Source of the DNA: an uncultured Solirubrobacteraceae bacterium
GTDB taxonomy: Bacteria; Actinomycetota; Thermoleophilia; Solirubrobacterales; Solirubrobacteraceae
Length of the DNA stretch: 64,000 bases
Direction of reading: 5' to 3'
Assembly: GCA_963787115.1 (NCBI GenBank)
Contig: CAWBBS010000011.1
Location: 154,123-218,122, forward strand
The position numbers were made by a program, and so were the translations under genes. Each line of letters starts with the position of its first letter. The stretch's first letter is position 1. The notes under the pieces were generated by a model that did not search any database, was not told the origin of the DNA, and saw only the letters and a list, made by a program, of their open reading frames with translations. Shown here one piece after another: positions 29,901 to 38,500 of this stretch.

Positions 29901-30064
29901 GCTACGCCACGGGAGCCGTCCTCGGGACCCGCTGGCTCACCGAGGATCTCTGCGACGGCACCCTGATCCACGTCTCGACCGACATGGTCCTGGTTACGAA
30001 CCTGCGCACCCACCGCAAGGTGATCGTCAGGGCCGGGCACAGCATCTTCGTCAAAGCCCCCTGA
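26930..30064 (+). CDS. Large secreted protein: N-terminal beta domain, FG-GAP repeats, two IPT/TIG domains, Thr-rich linker, FecR-like C-terminal domain
   Basis: Signal-like LLIAAAVLSVLLG; repeated FGxSVxLSxDGxTALVGAP; two PxVxxVxPxSGPxAGGxxVxIxGxGF units; C-terminal GTRWLTEDLCDGT..V..V..RAG. Confidence 0.85.
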   Translation: MDRSTTIPKTDTTQRMPRLLIAAAVLSVLLGTWLAGVIAGASQGGRTPAAASHAASLESLGPASALPISQAVGRADPAYHATASAAGASFSTPAQAMSENFSSAGVTVHAGALALGLDLTGVGTSTALAPVAQTAPTATGNRVLYSRGAVSEWYVNGPAGLEQGFTVASAPAGSGPLTLGLTISGNASAHAGTTPQSIDFKGPAGKLLRYGDLRAVDAAGHPLSARLAIHGRTLQIEVNTSGARFPVRIDPLVQQGGRLSEGNEGLFGFSVSLSADGNTALVGAPRTPLNRFAGTAWVFTMTYTGWAEQAEFGTSEPGGSLSPECAAAPEHCSIGTSVSLSADGNTALVGAPSPRKNGYHGQVFVYTREGTVWTRTATLLAGSEQAGGGGFGQGVAVSADGTEAIVGAPQDLSNRGSVWIFQRSGSTWSHDGGLLNGGKAEVGPGHLGYSVAIDGNTAIAGAPDDGSAQSGAVWDFTRTSSGWTLPGNKIVAPGAGSGAHFGYSVALAGERAIVGAPGAAAGAGVAWGFTQATAALDEPFEITGSGEVGAGAFGSSVALSGDGHTALIGAPGDSSGAGAAWLFGSSGGAWTTLQQLGSGEAEQLKFGTSVALSGDGTSALVGGAPEESRMGAVWSFGHAVAPVVGAVHPESGPVAGGTTVVIEGSGFKAGATVTIGTAATSVKVISTSKILATTQANPAGSDEVIVSDSGGTSTGGPLFTFTPPKPPAPTVTSVEPSSGPAAGGSEVTITGTGFVSGAAVVIGSPAESVNVISSTEIRAVTAATPAGSDEVVVSDANGTSENGPSFTYTSPPPAQEKTTTTSTTTTTTTTTTTPTPHIAASGVLGSSEQELPAPVLATSGNIKRVTGTIYIKLPGSSGFTVLSPQAHVPFGTVIDATSGHVQVITAGPSGPETITYYGGVFKLTQSRKGSVIATLTGGSRVGCPVAKRNTRHLDSDGDFDNDSYARAARSTKRVVRKLWSEGHGHYTTKGSYATGAVLGTRWLTEDLCDGTLIHVSTDMVLVTNLRTHRKVIVRAGHSIFVKAP
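29386..29433 (+). repeat. ACC/ACG low-complexity repeat encoding a poly-Thr linker
   Basis: Translates as TTTTSTTTTTTTTTTP between the second IPT domain and the C-terminal domain. Confidence 0.8.
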
Positions 30065-30076
30065 GGGCCGTCCACC

Positions 30077-33000
30077 TCAGACCCGCACGACCGTCCGGCG
30101 CCCGGCGAGGTCGGCTGAACCTCCGCCGGCGGCGGTGAGCCAGGAGGGCGCCTGTTCCAGCGCTGCAACCGCGGCACGCCGCCCGGCCTCGCGGGCGTGG
30201 TCGATCTGGTGGAACTCGAGCAGTCCGACACCCGACACGCGCACCGCGATCGTCAGGTCGGCGAGGCGCTGGGCGGCATCATCGGTGTTCGCGCTGCTCA
30301 GCAGGGCGATCCGCCCGAGCGTCTCCGGCAGCGAGGGCAGGCGCCGGCGGGGCTCGCCCCCGTCGCGGCCCTCGCGGGGACCTGTCCGCTCCTCGCCGCC
30401 CTTGATGTCGATCGCGAGCACCGGCCCCTCGCCGGCCTGGCTCATCGGCTCGAGCGGCAGGTTGTCCAGCAGTGATCCATCGATCAGCAGTTCATCGTCG
30501 TTGCGGATCGGCGGCGCGATCAGGGGAAGGGACATGCTCGCTCCCACCGCCTCGAACAGCGGGCCGCTGCGGCTGATCACCAGGCCGCTGCGGCGCAGGT
30601 TCACGCTCGCGCAGTAGAAGGGCCGGGAGAGATCCTCCACGTAGGACTCCCCGAAGACCCGTTCGAGCATCGCCCGCGCCTTGTTGCCCCTGATCAGGCC
30701 TGCGCGCGGCAGCGTGTAGTCGTTGATCGGATTGCGCCTGACCCACTCCTCATAGCAGCAGGCATCGATCGCGGGGACGTCCCGGCCCATCGCAAGCTGG
30801 CCGCCGATGAAGGCGCCCATCGAGACGCCGCCCACGCGGTCGACGGGCATGCCGGCTTCCACCAGGACCTCAAGGACGCCGAGGTGCGCGAATGCCCTTC
30901 CGCCTCCCCCGCTCAGCACGACGCCGAGTGCGCGGCCGGACAGGCGCCTGGCCATACGCTCGACGTCCGCGCGCAGCCCGGGACCGGCGGAGATGGCATG
31001 CACGCCCGCAGGAGCGAGCTCGGTCAGCCAGCCCGCGAGCTCGCCCGAGCCCTCACGGATGCCGTAGCCGACGAGGTCCGCACCGCGCAGGCCGCTCGCC
31101 CACGAGCGCGGGCTGTCCTGCGCGCCGACGGGGGCAGGTCCCGCGACAACCGCCAGAACGCGGTCGGCGCGCGAGACACAGAACTCATCCCACGCGCTCG
31201 GCTCCACGCCCTGCCCGCAGACCATGATGACCTGGTCGTGCTCGAGCTCGCAGCTCTCAACGAGCGGTCCGTAACGGGCGGCCGCCTCGGCGCGGGAGGC
31301 GGGCGCCAGCGCGCCGTCCCCGTCCTCTCGCGGATAGAGGACCGCGACCCGGCCGTGGTGGCACAGCGCCCGGCTGAGCTCATCGGCGAGCTCGAGCAGC
31401 GGGACCCCGGGCCCCGCAGCCCGCATGGCGATCGTGACGGGCCTTGCCCGCTTGACAGCCGGTATCGCGCGGCTCGCCTGGAGCTGTGTGCTGAGAACCC
31501 TGGTCAGGCTGAGCGCGAGCTCGGGCTCGGAGCGCAGCAGGGCGTCGAAGTGCGGCCTGTCGATTCGCAGCAGCTCGGTGTCGCGCAGGGCCCTGACGGC
31601 GGCGCTGCGCGCAGAGCCGCTGAGCAGCGCGAGCTCGCCGAGCACCGCACCGCGCGTGAGCGTGTTGATCGTCTGCTCGCTCTGCTCGCCGTTGTCTGAG
31701 AGGACCTCCCGCACGACCTCAAGGTGCCCGACCCGCACCAGGTACACCGCGTCGGCCGGGTCGCCCTCGCGGAACAGCCACTCGCCCCTCGGGAGCGTGA
31801 CGTCGGCGGTGATGTCGGCCACGCGCTCGAGCATCGCGGGCGACAGGTCCGCGAACACCGGGGCGTTGCGCAGGAACTCGGCCACGGGCTGGGGGGCGGC
31901 GGCCGCATGGACGCCGTCGGACTCCGCGAGGCTCGGCAGCTCGGCCGCGGTCGCCGGCCCGGTGGAGAGGCCGTCCGCGAGGCCGCCGGCGAGTCTCTCC
32001 CCGGCGGGGCGCTCGTCCTCCTCGGCCGGCTTGGCGACCACGAGCCCCAGGCAGGCGATGGCCCCGAACAGGAAGCAGCCGCACGCATACAGCCAGCCGT
32101 TCTGGAACGTGTGCAGTGCTTTGGTGAGCGCGGTGCTCTCGAGCGCCGCCAGCAGCGGAGCGGGCAGGCCGCGGGGGAGGGACGGAGCCGATCCGTTGCC
32201 GACGATCGCGATCAGGACCGCGACCCCTAGGGCCGCGCCGATCTGGCGGGCGACGGCGTTCAGGGATGTCGCCAGGGCGAAGCGCGGCCCGGGCACCGAT
32301 TCGACGGCGGCGCCGCTGAGGGTCGGGAAGGAGAGCCCTGCGCCTATGCCGAGGATGACCATGCCGGGGAGCCACTGCCCGAGGAAGTCGGGCCTCACGC
32401 CTAGCTGCGTTGCGAAGAACGCCGCGCCGGCAGCCCAGATCAGCGCGCCCGGGACCGCGACCGCCCGGTGGCCGAGCCTGGAGACCGCCCGGCTTGCGGG
32501 CGCCGCCACGGCGATCGCCACGAGCGGGCCGGGGGTCAGCGACAGGCCGGCCTTCAGGATCGAGTACTGCCACACGCTCGTCAGGAACAGGACGTTGCAG
32601 AGCGTGTAGCCGAAGAAGCCGCTCGCCATCACGACGGTGACGCCGTTGGAGAGTGCGAACGAGCGTATGCGCAGCAGCGTGAGGTCCACGACCGGCGTGC
32701 GCTGGCGGGCCGTGCGCAGCACGAAGTAGACCCCGAGCGCGAGCGTCAGGGCGAAGGCGCCGATGATGCGGGGGCTCGTCCAGCCCCATTCCTGGCCCTT
32801 GACGATCGCGAGCACGAGCGTCGCGATCGCCAGGGCGAGCACGACGCCGCCGACGAGGTCCGGCACGCGCCTGCGGCCGGGTGCACGGCTCTCGATGAGG
32901 ACGCGGCTCGCCAGCACGTAGGCGGTGATCCCGATGGGGATGTTCACCAGGAACACCAGCCGCCAGTTGGAGGCGGTGATCAGGATGCCTCCGAGAGCGG

Positions 33001-33541
33001 GCCCGGTGCCGGCGGCGAGCGCAGCGATGGCCGCCCACAGCGAGACGGCGTGGGTGCGCCTCGTGCCCGGGTAGGCCTCCAGGACGATCGCCAGCGAGCT
33101 CGGCACGAGGGCTGCGGCCCCGGCCGCCTGCAGCACGCGCGCTGCCACGAGCAGGCCGAGGGTGGGCGCGACCGCGCATGCTGCGGACGCGAGCGTGAAG
33201 AGGATCAGCGCGGCGCAGAAGATGCGCCTGCGGCCCAGCAGGTCGGCGAGCTGGCCTCCGCCCACCAGGAACGCGGCGAACACGATGTTGTAGGCGTTCA
33301 GCACCCACGAGACGCTCTCCAGCGAGGACCCCGCGAAGTCCTGGTGGATGTTGGGGATCGCGATGTTGACGATCGTCGCGTCGACGAACGCCATGAACGT
33401 GCCGAGGGCCGCGACGGCCAGCACCCTTCCCGGCGAGGAGATCCGTCGTGTGCGCGGCTCCGGCGCGATCGACGCAGGTTCCGCGAGCACGCTCACCGAT
33501 CGCCCCCGCGACGGCTCGCATCCCGCACCCATCCCTGACAT
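30077..33541 (-). CDS. DHA2 MFS transporter - cyclic-nucleotide-binding domain - patatin-like phospholipase fusion (start uncertain)
   Basis: 14-TM MFS (DATIVNIAIP, WVLNAYNI); CNBD (LFREGDPAD, GELALL...RSAAVRA); patatin (LSGGGGRAFAH, GVSMG, DGSL). Confidence 0.92.
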   Translation of the reverse strand: MSGMGAGCEPSRGRSVSVLAEPASIAPEPRTRRISSPGRVLAVAALGTFMAFVDATIVNIAIPNIHQDFAGSSLESVSWVLNAYNIVFAAFLVGGGQLADLLGRRRIFCAALILFTLASAACAVAPTLGLLVAARVLQAAGAAALVPSSLAIVLEAYPGTRRTHAVSLWAAIAALAAGTGPALGGILITASNWRLVFLVNIPIGITAYVLASRVLIESRAPGRRRVPDLVGGVVLALAIATLVLAIVKGQEWGWTSPRIIGAFALTLALGVYFVLRTARQRTPVVDLTLLRIRSFALSNGVTVVMASGFFGYTLCNVLFLTSVWQYSILKAGLSLTPGPLVAIAVAAPASRAVSRLGHRAVAVPGALIWAAGAAFFATQLGVRPDFLGQWLPGMVILGIGAGLSFPTLSGAAVESVPGPRFALATSLNAVARQIGAALGVAVLIAIVGNGSAPSLPRGLPAPLLAALESTALTKALHTFQNGWLYACGCFLFGAIACLGLVVAKPAEEDERPAGERLAGGLADGLSTGPATAAELPSLAESDGVHAAAAPQPVAEFLRNAPVFADLSPAMLERVADITADVTLPRGEWLFREGDPADAVYLVRVGHLEVVREVLSDNGEQSEQTINTLTRGAVLGELALLSGSARSAAVRALRDTELLRIDRPHFDALLRSEPELALSLTRVLSTQLQASRAIPAVKRARPVTIAMRAAGPGVPLLELADELSRALCHHGRVAVLYPREDGDGALAPASRAEAAARYGPLVESCELEHDQVIMVCGQGVEPSAWDEFCVSRADRVLAVVAGPAPVGAQDSPRSWASGLRGADLVGYGIREGSGELAGWLTELAPAGVHAISAGPGLRADVERMARRLSGRALGVVLSGGGGRAFAHLGVLEVLVEAGMPVDRVGGVSMGAFIGGQLAMGRDVPAIDACCYEEWVRRNPINDYTLPRAGLIRGNKARAMLERVFGESYVEDLSRPFYCASVNLRRSGLVISRSGPLFEAVGASMSLPLIAPPIRNDDELLIDGSLLDNLPLEPMSQAGEGPVLAIDIKGGEERTGPREGRDGGEPRRRLPSLPETLGRIALLSSANTDDAAQRLADLTIAVRVSGVGLLEFHQIDHAREAGRRAAVAALEQAPSWLTAAGGGSADLAGRRTVVRV

Positions 33542-33675
33542 CCAGAACCTGCACGCTTATCCGCTAAGCGCATGATCGGCGAGTATAGGTCCGCCGCACT
33601 CATGCCGCGTCGTGCGCCTCGCGAATATTCCGGGCTCAGCACCGTCCGGCGGGCTCGGGCGCTCGGCGAGGGGAA

Positions 33676-34542
33676 GTGTGTGAGACTGCGCTCGTGGCTG
33701 GTCGAGCACCAAGGGTCGCCGTCGTCGGCCATGTGGAGTGGGTGCAGTTCGTGCGCCTGGACCGCGTGCCCCTCGCAGGTGAGATCGCACACGGCCGTGA
33801 GCCCTTCGAGGAGCCCTGCGGCGGAGGTGCCGTGGCCGCGGTGCAGCTGGCCCGTCTGGCGGGCGGTGCGATCTTCGTGACCGCCGTCGGGGACGACGAG
33901 ATCGGGCGGAAAGCTGTCGCGCGGCTCGGCGACCTCGGAGTCGACGTGCGCGCCGCGACGCTCGACGCGCCCACGCGCCGGGCGGTGACGTTCCTGGACG
34001 ATCACGGCGAGCGCACCATCACCACGCTCGGTGCCCGCATCGAGCCGATGGGCGCCGTCCACTCGCAGCAGTTCGCCGCCCTGAAGGACATGGATGCGGT
34101 CTACGTCACCGCCGGTGATGAGGCAGCGATGCGCGCCACGCGCAGCGCCTCCCGCGTCGTCGTCGCCAACCCCCGCGCCCGCCACGGACTGGGACACGGA
34201 ATACCGCTGGACGCGCTCATCTACAGCGCGTCCGATCGCGTCGAGCTCGACGCGGCCGCGGACGCCCCATCGGAGGCCGAGCTCGTGGCGGTGACCGAAG
34301 GCGGCCGCGGCGGCAGCTGGCGCCTGGCTGACGGCGAGTCCGGGCGCTGGGACACGGTGGAGCCTCCCGGCGCGAGGGTCGACGTGTTCGGCTGCGGCGA
34401 CTCCTTCGCCGCCGGCGTCACGTACGGGCTCGGGGCCGGCATGAGCCGCGCGGACGCGCTGGAGCTCGGAGCCCGCTGCGGAGCGATGTGCATGACGGGC
34501 CGCGGCCCCTACGAGCGACAGCTCAGCGCCCGCGACCTCTAG
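33676..34542 (+). CDS. PfkB-family carbohydrate kinase
   Basis: GGGAVAAVQLARL, VGDDEIG, C-terminal D..GCGDSFAAG. Confidence 0.87.
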   Translation: MCETALVAGRAPRVAVVGHVEWVQFVRLDRVPLAGEIAHGREPFEEPCGGGAVAAVQLARLAGGAIFVTAVGDDEIGRKAVARLGDLGVDVRAATLDAPTRRAVTFLDDHGERTITTLGARIEPMGAVHSQQFAALKDMDAVYVTAGDEAAMRATRSASRVVVANPRARHGLGHGIPLDALIYSASDRVELDAAADAPSEAELVAVTEGGRGGSWRLADGESGRWDTVEPPGARVDVFGCGDSFAAGVTYGLGAGMSRADALELGARCGAMCMTGRGPYERQLSARDL

Positions 34543-34545
34543 GCT

Positions 34546-35409
34546 ATGGCGCCAATGGACTACGAGCAGATAATCACCGACGTCTCCGATCACGTGATGA
34601 CGATCACGCTGAACCGCCCCGATCGCCTGAACGCGTGGACCGCCGAGATGTGCGCCGAGCTCAAAGACGCCTTCGACCGCTCCGATGCGGACGACGACGT
34701 TCGCGCGGTCATCGTCACCGGCGCCGGCCGCGGCTTCTGCGCGGGCGCCGACCTCGGCTCCGGCGGCGAGACCTTCGACTACCGCGCCCGCGGCGCCACC
34801 GACCCGATACCGCGCGACAACGGCGGTGAGTTCACGCTGCGGATCTTCGCCTCCAAGAAGCCCGTGATCGGCGCGATCAACGGCCCCGCGGTCGGGATCG
34901 GCGCCACGATGACCCTGCCGATGGACGTCCGCCTCGCCAGCGAGGAGGCCCGCATCGGCTTCGTGTTCGCGCGCCGCGGGATCATCCCGGAGGCATGCTC
35001 GAGCTGGTTCCTGCCGCGCGTCGTGGGCATCAGCCGCGCGATGGAGTGGGTTTCCACCGGCCGCGTGTTCACCGCGCAGGAGGCGCTCGAGGGCGGGCTG
35101 GTGCGCAGCGTGCACCCAGCCGGCGAGCTGCTCGATGCGGCGCGGGCGCTCGCGGCCGAGATAGCCGAGAACACAGCGCCCGTCTCGGTCGCGCTCGCAA
35201 GAGAGCTGATGTGGAGGATGCTCGGGGCCGAGCATCCGATGCAGGCCCACCGCGCGGACTCGCGCGGAATGTTCATTCGCGGCCAGTCGGCCGACGCGGT
35301 CGAGGGCATCACGGCGTTCCTCGAGAAGCGCCCGGCAAGCTTCCCCGACCTGGTTAGCGACGGCCTGCCGCAGGTCATGCCCGGGTGGGTCGAGCCGGAG
35401 TTCGAGTAG
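34546..35409 (+). CDS. Crotonase/enoyl-CoA hydratase family protein
   Basis: TLNRPDRLNA, FCAGADL, AINGPAVGIG, RRGIIPE. Confidence 0.93.
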   Translation: MAPMDYEQIITDVSDHVMTITLNRPDRLNAWTAEMCAELKDAFDRSDADDDVRAVIVTGAGRGFCAGADLGSGGETFDYRARGATDPIPRDNGGEFTLRIFASKKPVIGAINGPAVGIGATMTLPMDVRLASEEARIGFVFARRGIIPEACSSWFLPRVVGISRAMEWVSTGRVFTAQEALEGGLVRSVHPAGELLDAARALAAEIAENTAPVSVALARELMWRMLGAEHPMQAHRADSRGMFIRGQSADAVEGITAFLEKRPASFPDLVSDGLPQVMPGWVEPEFE

Positions 35410-35416
35410 GACCCCG

Positions 35417-36751
35417 GTGGACGCGCCCGGCGCCCGCACCGACGGCCATGAGCTGGCCGGGCGCCCCGCGGAGCTCCTGCAGCACCTGATCCGCTTCGAC
35501 ACGAGCAACCCGCCGGGCGGTGAGCGCGAGTGCATCGCCTGGGTCTCCTCGCTGCTCGACGGGCTCGGCTGCGAGGTCAGGATCCTCGCCCGCGACCCCG
35601 AGCGGCCCAGCCTGATCGCCCGCCTGCGCGGCCGGGGGCAGGCGCCGGCCCTGCTGCTGCAGGGTCACGTGGATGTCGTCCCAGCCCGCGGCGAGTGGTC
35701 ACACGAGCCGTTCTCGGGCGAGGAGGACGCGGGCTTCATCTGGGGGCGCGGCGCACTGGACATGAAGGGAGGAGTGGCGATGATGATCGCCGCCTTCCTG
35801 CGCGCGGCCACCGCCGCCGAGCCGCCGCCGGGCGACGTGATCCTGTGTGTGCTCGCCGACGAGGAGGCCGGCAGTGCGCTCGGAGCCGAGTTCCTGGTCA
35901 CCGAGCATCCCGAGCTGTTCGACGGCGTCCGTCACTGCCTCGGGGAGTTCGGCGGCTTCATGATGGAGCTCGGCGGGGTGCGCTTCTACCCGATCATGGT
36001 CGCCGAGAAGCAGGTCTGCTGGACGCGGGCCACGCTCCGCGGGCCTGCAGGCCACGCCTCGATGCCGATTCGCGGAGGCGCAATGGGGCGCCTGGGTGCG
36101 CTGCTGCGCGCGCTGGACCGCGGGCGCCTTCCCGTGCATGTGACGCCGGTGGCGAAGGCGATGATCGAGGCGATGGCGGCCGAGCTGCCCCGGGCGATGG
36201 CGACGCCGCTGAAGGCACTGCTCGTCCCGCGCCTCACGGACGCCGTGCTCGCCCTCGGCGGTGAGCAGCTGGCCCTGTTCGACCCGCTCCTTCACAACAC
36301 CGCGAGCGCGACGATGCTCTCCGGCGGGGAGAAGATCAACGTGATCCCCGGCGAGCTGAGCGTCGCACTGGACTGCCGCCTGCTCCCGGGCCAGAGCCCG
36401 CAGGACGTCTTCGCCGAGCTGCGAGCGCTCGCGGACGTCGACGTCGAATTCGAGCTGGTGCAGCACGACCACGTCGCGGCCGAGCCGGATCTCGCGTTGT
36501 TCGGCGCGCTCGAGGGCGTGCTGCGGGAACTCGACCCGCTGGCCAAGCCGATCCCGATGCTGCTGCCCGGGGTCACGGACGGGCGCTTCTTCTCCCGCCT
36601 GGGGATCCAGACCTACGGGTTCCTGCCGATGCAGCTGCCGGCGGACATGAACTTCATGCGCCTGATCCACGCCGAGAACGAGCGGATCCCCGTCGCCTCG
36701 CTGGAGTTCGGCACGCAGGCGATCGAGCGGGTCCTGGCGCGCCCACGCTGA
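35417..36751 (+). CDS. M20/M25/M40 metallopeptidase/deacylase
   Basis: GHVDVVP, GRGALDMKGG, ADEE, GVTDGR, IHAENE. Confidence 0.92.
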   Translation: MDAPGARTDGHELAGRPAELLQHLIRFDTSNPPGGERECIAWVSSLLDGLGCEVRILARDPERPSLIARLRGRGQAPALLLQGHVDVVPARGEWSHEPFSGEEDAGFIWGRGALDMKGGVAMMIAAFLRAATAAEPPPGDVILCVLADEEAGSALGAEFLVTEHPELFDGVRHCLGEFGGFMMELGGVRFYPIMVAEKQVCWTRATLRGPAGHASMPIRGGAMGRLGALLRALDRGRLPVHVTPVAKAMIEAMAAELPRAMATPLKALLVPRLTDAVLALGGEQLALFDPLLHNTASATMLSGGEKINVIPGELSVALDCRLLPGQSPQDVFAELRALADVDVEFELVQHDHVAAEPDLALFGALEGVLRELDPLAKPIPMLLPGVTDGRFFSRLGIQTYGFLPMQLPADMNFMRLIHAENERIPVASLEFGTQAIERVLARPR

Positions 36752-36778
36752 GCGCGCCAGGGGCCGGGTGGTGAGCCC

Positions 36779-38143
36779 TCAGGCGATCGCCGGTGTCTGC
36801 GGCAGCCGCGCGAGCGCGTCGTCCATTTCCTGCTCGGAGAACTCCGGGTCCTCGAGTTCGCCCGCGAGGAACGCGTCGTAGGCGGCGAGGTCGAAGTTGC
36901 CGTGACCGCACAGGCCGAACAGGATCACCCTCGGCTCACCCGCCTCACGGGCGGCCTCGGCCTCCTCGATGACCGCGCGGATCGCGTGCGCGGGCTCGGG
37001 CGCCGGGATGATGCCCTCGGTGCGGGCGAACTGAACGGCGGCCGCGAAGGTCTCGTTCTGACGGTATGCGCGGGCCTCGACCATGCCCGCGTGCACCAGC
37101 CCGCACACCATCGGGGCGTCCCCGTGGTAGCGCAGGCCGCCGGCGTGGACGGGGGCCGGGACGAAGTCGTGCCCGAGCGTGAACATCGGCATCAGCGGGG
37201 TGAAGCCCGCCGTGTCGCCGAAGTCGTAGCGGTAGACGCCGCGCGTCAGCGTCGGGCAGGCGGTCGGCTCGGCGGCGATGAAGCGGACCTGCGCTTCGCC
37301 TTTGAGGACCTGGCGTACGAACGGGAAGGTCAGGCCGCCGAAGTTCGATCCGCCGCCGACGCAGCCGATCACGACGTCGGGCTGCTCGCCCGCCATCTGC
37401 ATCTGCGCGATCGCCTCCTGTCCGATCACCGTCTGGTGCAGCAGCACGTGGTTCAGGACCGAGCCGAGCGCGTAGTTGGTGTCCTCCCGCGCGGCGGCGA
37501 TCTCGACGGCCTCTGAGATCGCGATCCCCAGCGATCCCGTGGGGTGCTGCTGCTGCGCGCGGCCGGACTCGGTGAGGGTGCTGGGCGAGCGGTGAACGGT
37601 GGCGCCCCAGGTCTTCATCATCGAGCGCCGGTAGGGCTTCTGGTCGTAGGAGGACCCGACCATGAAGACCTCGCACTCGAGCCCGAACAGCGAGCACGCG
37701 AACGCGAGCGAGGAGCCCCACTGGCCCGCTCCCGTCTCGGTCGTCAGGCGCTTGATCCCTGCCTGCGCGTTCTCATAGGCCTGCGGGACAGCGGTGTTCG
37801 GCTTGTGTGAGCCGGCGGGGGAGACCCCCTCGTACTTGTAGTAGATGTGCGCGGGGGTTTTCAGCTCCCGCTCCAGCCTGCGCGCGCGGTAGAGCGGTGT
37901 CGGCCTCCACAGCCTGTAGGCGGCGAGCACCGGCTCGGGGATCGGGATGAAGGGCTCGGGAGAGACCTCCTGTTCGATCAGCGCCATCGGGAACAGGGGC
38001 GCGAGGTCCGGGGGTCCGGCGGGCTCCATCGTGCCGGGGTGAAGAGGTGGAAGCGGCTCTCCGGGAAGCTCTCCGAGGATGTTCACCCACTGCTTGGGGA
38101 TCTCGCTCTCGGGCAGAAGGTACTTCACGGTCTCGTCGGTCAT
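36779..38143 (-). CDS. trpB2: TrpB2-type (stand-alone) tryptophan synthase beta-like PLP enzyme
   Basis: [43 protein letters not shown]; no trpA adjacent. Confidence 0.9.
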   Translation of the reverse strand: MTDETVKYLLPESEIPKQWVNILGELPGEPLPPLHPGTMEPAGPPDLAPLFPMALIEQEVSPEPFIPIPEPVLAAYRLWRPTPLYRARRLERELKTPAHIYYKYEGVSPAGSHKPNTAVPQAYENAQAGIKRLTTETGAGQWGSSLAFACSLFGLECEVFMVGSSYDQKPYRRSMMKTWGATVHRSPSTLTESGRAQQQHPTGSLGIAISEAVEIAAAREDTNYALGSVLNHVLLHQTVIGQEAIAQMQMAGEQPDVVIGCVGGGSNFGGLTFPFVRQVLKGEAQVRFIAAEPTACPTLTRGVYRYDFGDTAGFTPLMPMFTLGHDFVPAPVHAGGLRYHGDAPMVCGLVHAGMVEARAYRQNETFAAAVQFARTEGIIPAPEPAHAIRAVIEEAEAAREAGEPRVILFGLCGHGNFDLAAYDAFLAGELEDPEFSEQEMDDALARLPQTPAIA

Positions 38144-38239
38144 GGCCCCTCCCAATTAGTGCGTTAGCCGCTCTTGCGCGGCGAAGCCTACCGCTGGGCG
38201 GCGGGGTGCGTGTGCGCGCAAGGGAGGGCGCGGGGGCCG

Positions 38240-38482
38240 CTAGACGGTGCTCGTCGGCCGCGTGGCCGCCGTGCGCCCGGGCGCCGCGCCGGCGGAGCCG
38301 GAACCGCCGTCTTTGGGGCCGCGGTTGCGTGAGAGCTTCTTGGAGCTCCACCATCCCCAGCCGCCCACGGCGAGCACGGGAACCACGTAGAGCATCGAGA
38401 TGTACCAGTGCGTCAGGCAGCCAAGGACGTTCATGGTCACCACGAACGCTACCACTTGCGCCCCGCGCCGGGGGGACCGCAC
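38240..38482 (-). CDS. Small single-TM hypothetical protein (start probably 38434-38440)
   Basis: THWYISMLYVVPVLAVGGWGWW followed by a basic tail; divergent from the next membrane gene. Confidence 0.5.
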   Translation of the reverse strand: MRSPRRGAQVVAFVVTMNVLGCLTHWYISMLYVVPVLAVGGWGWWSSKKLSRNRGPKDGGSGSAGAAPGRTAATRPTSTV

Positions 38483-38500
38483 TCCGTAAGCTACGGCGCC

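Noticed and set aside
23851-33541. Pycsar/CBASS anti-phage system
   Set aside because: The cyclase is a membrane CHASE2 sensor, not a stand-alone PycC, and it is not in a two-gene operon with its effector. A signalling role is better supported, though a defence role is not excluded.
24865-33554. Long antisense/alternate-frame ORFs (24865..26760 +, 31719..33554 -, and similarly 21789..23606, 33493..35535, 6841..8175)
   Set aside because: They shadow well-supported genes, are Arg/Gly/Pro-rich with no domain motifs, and are expected in high-GC DNA with few stop codons.
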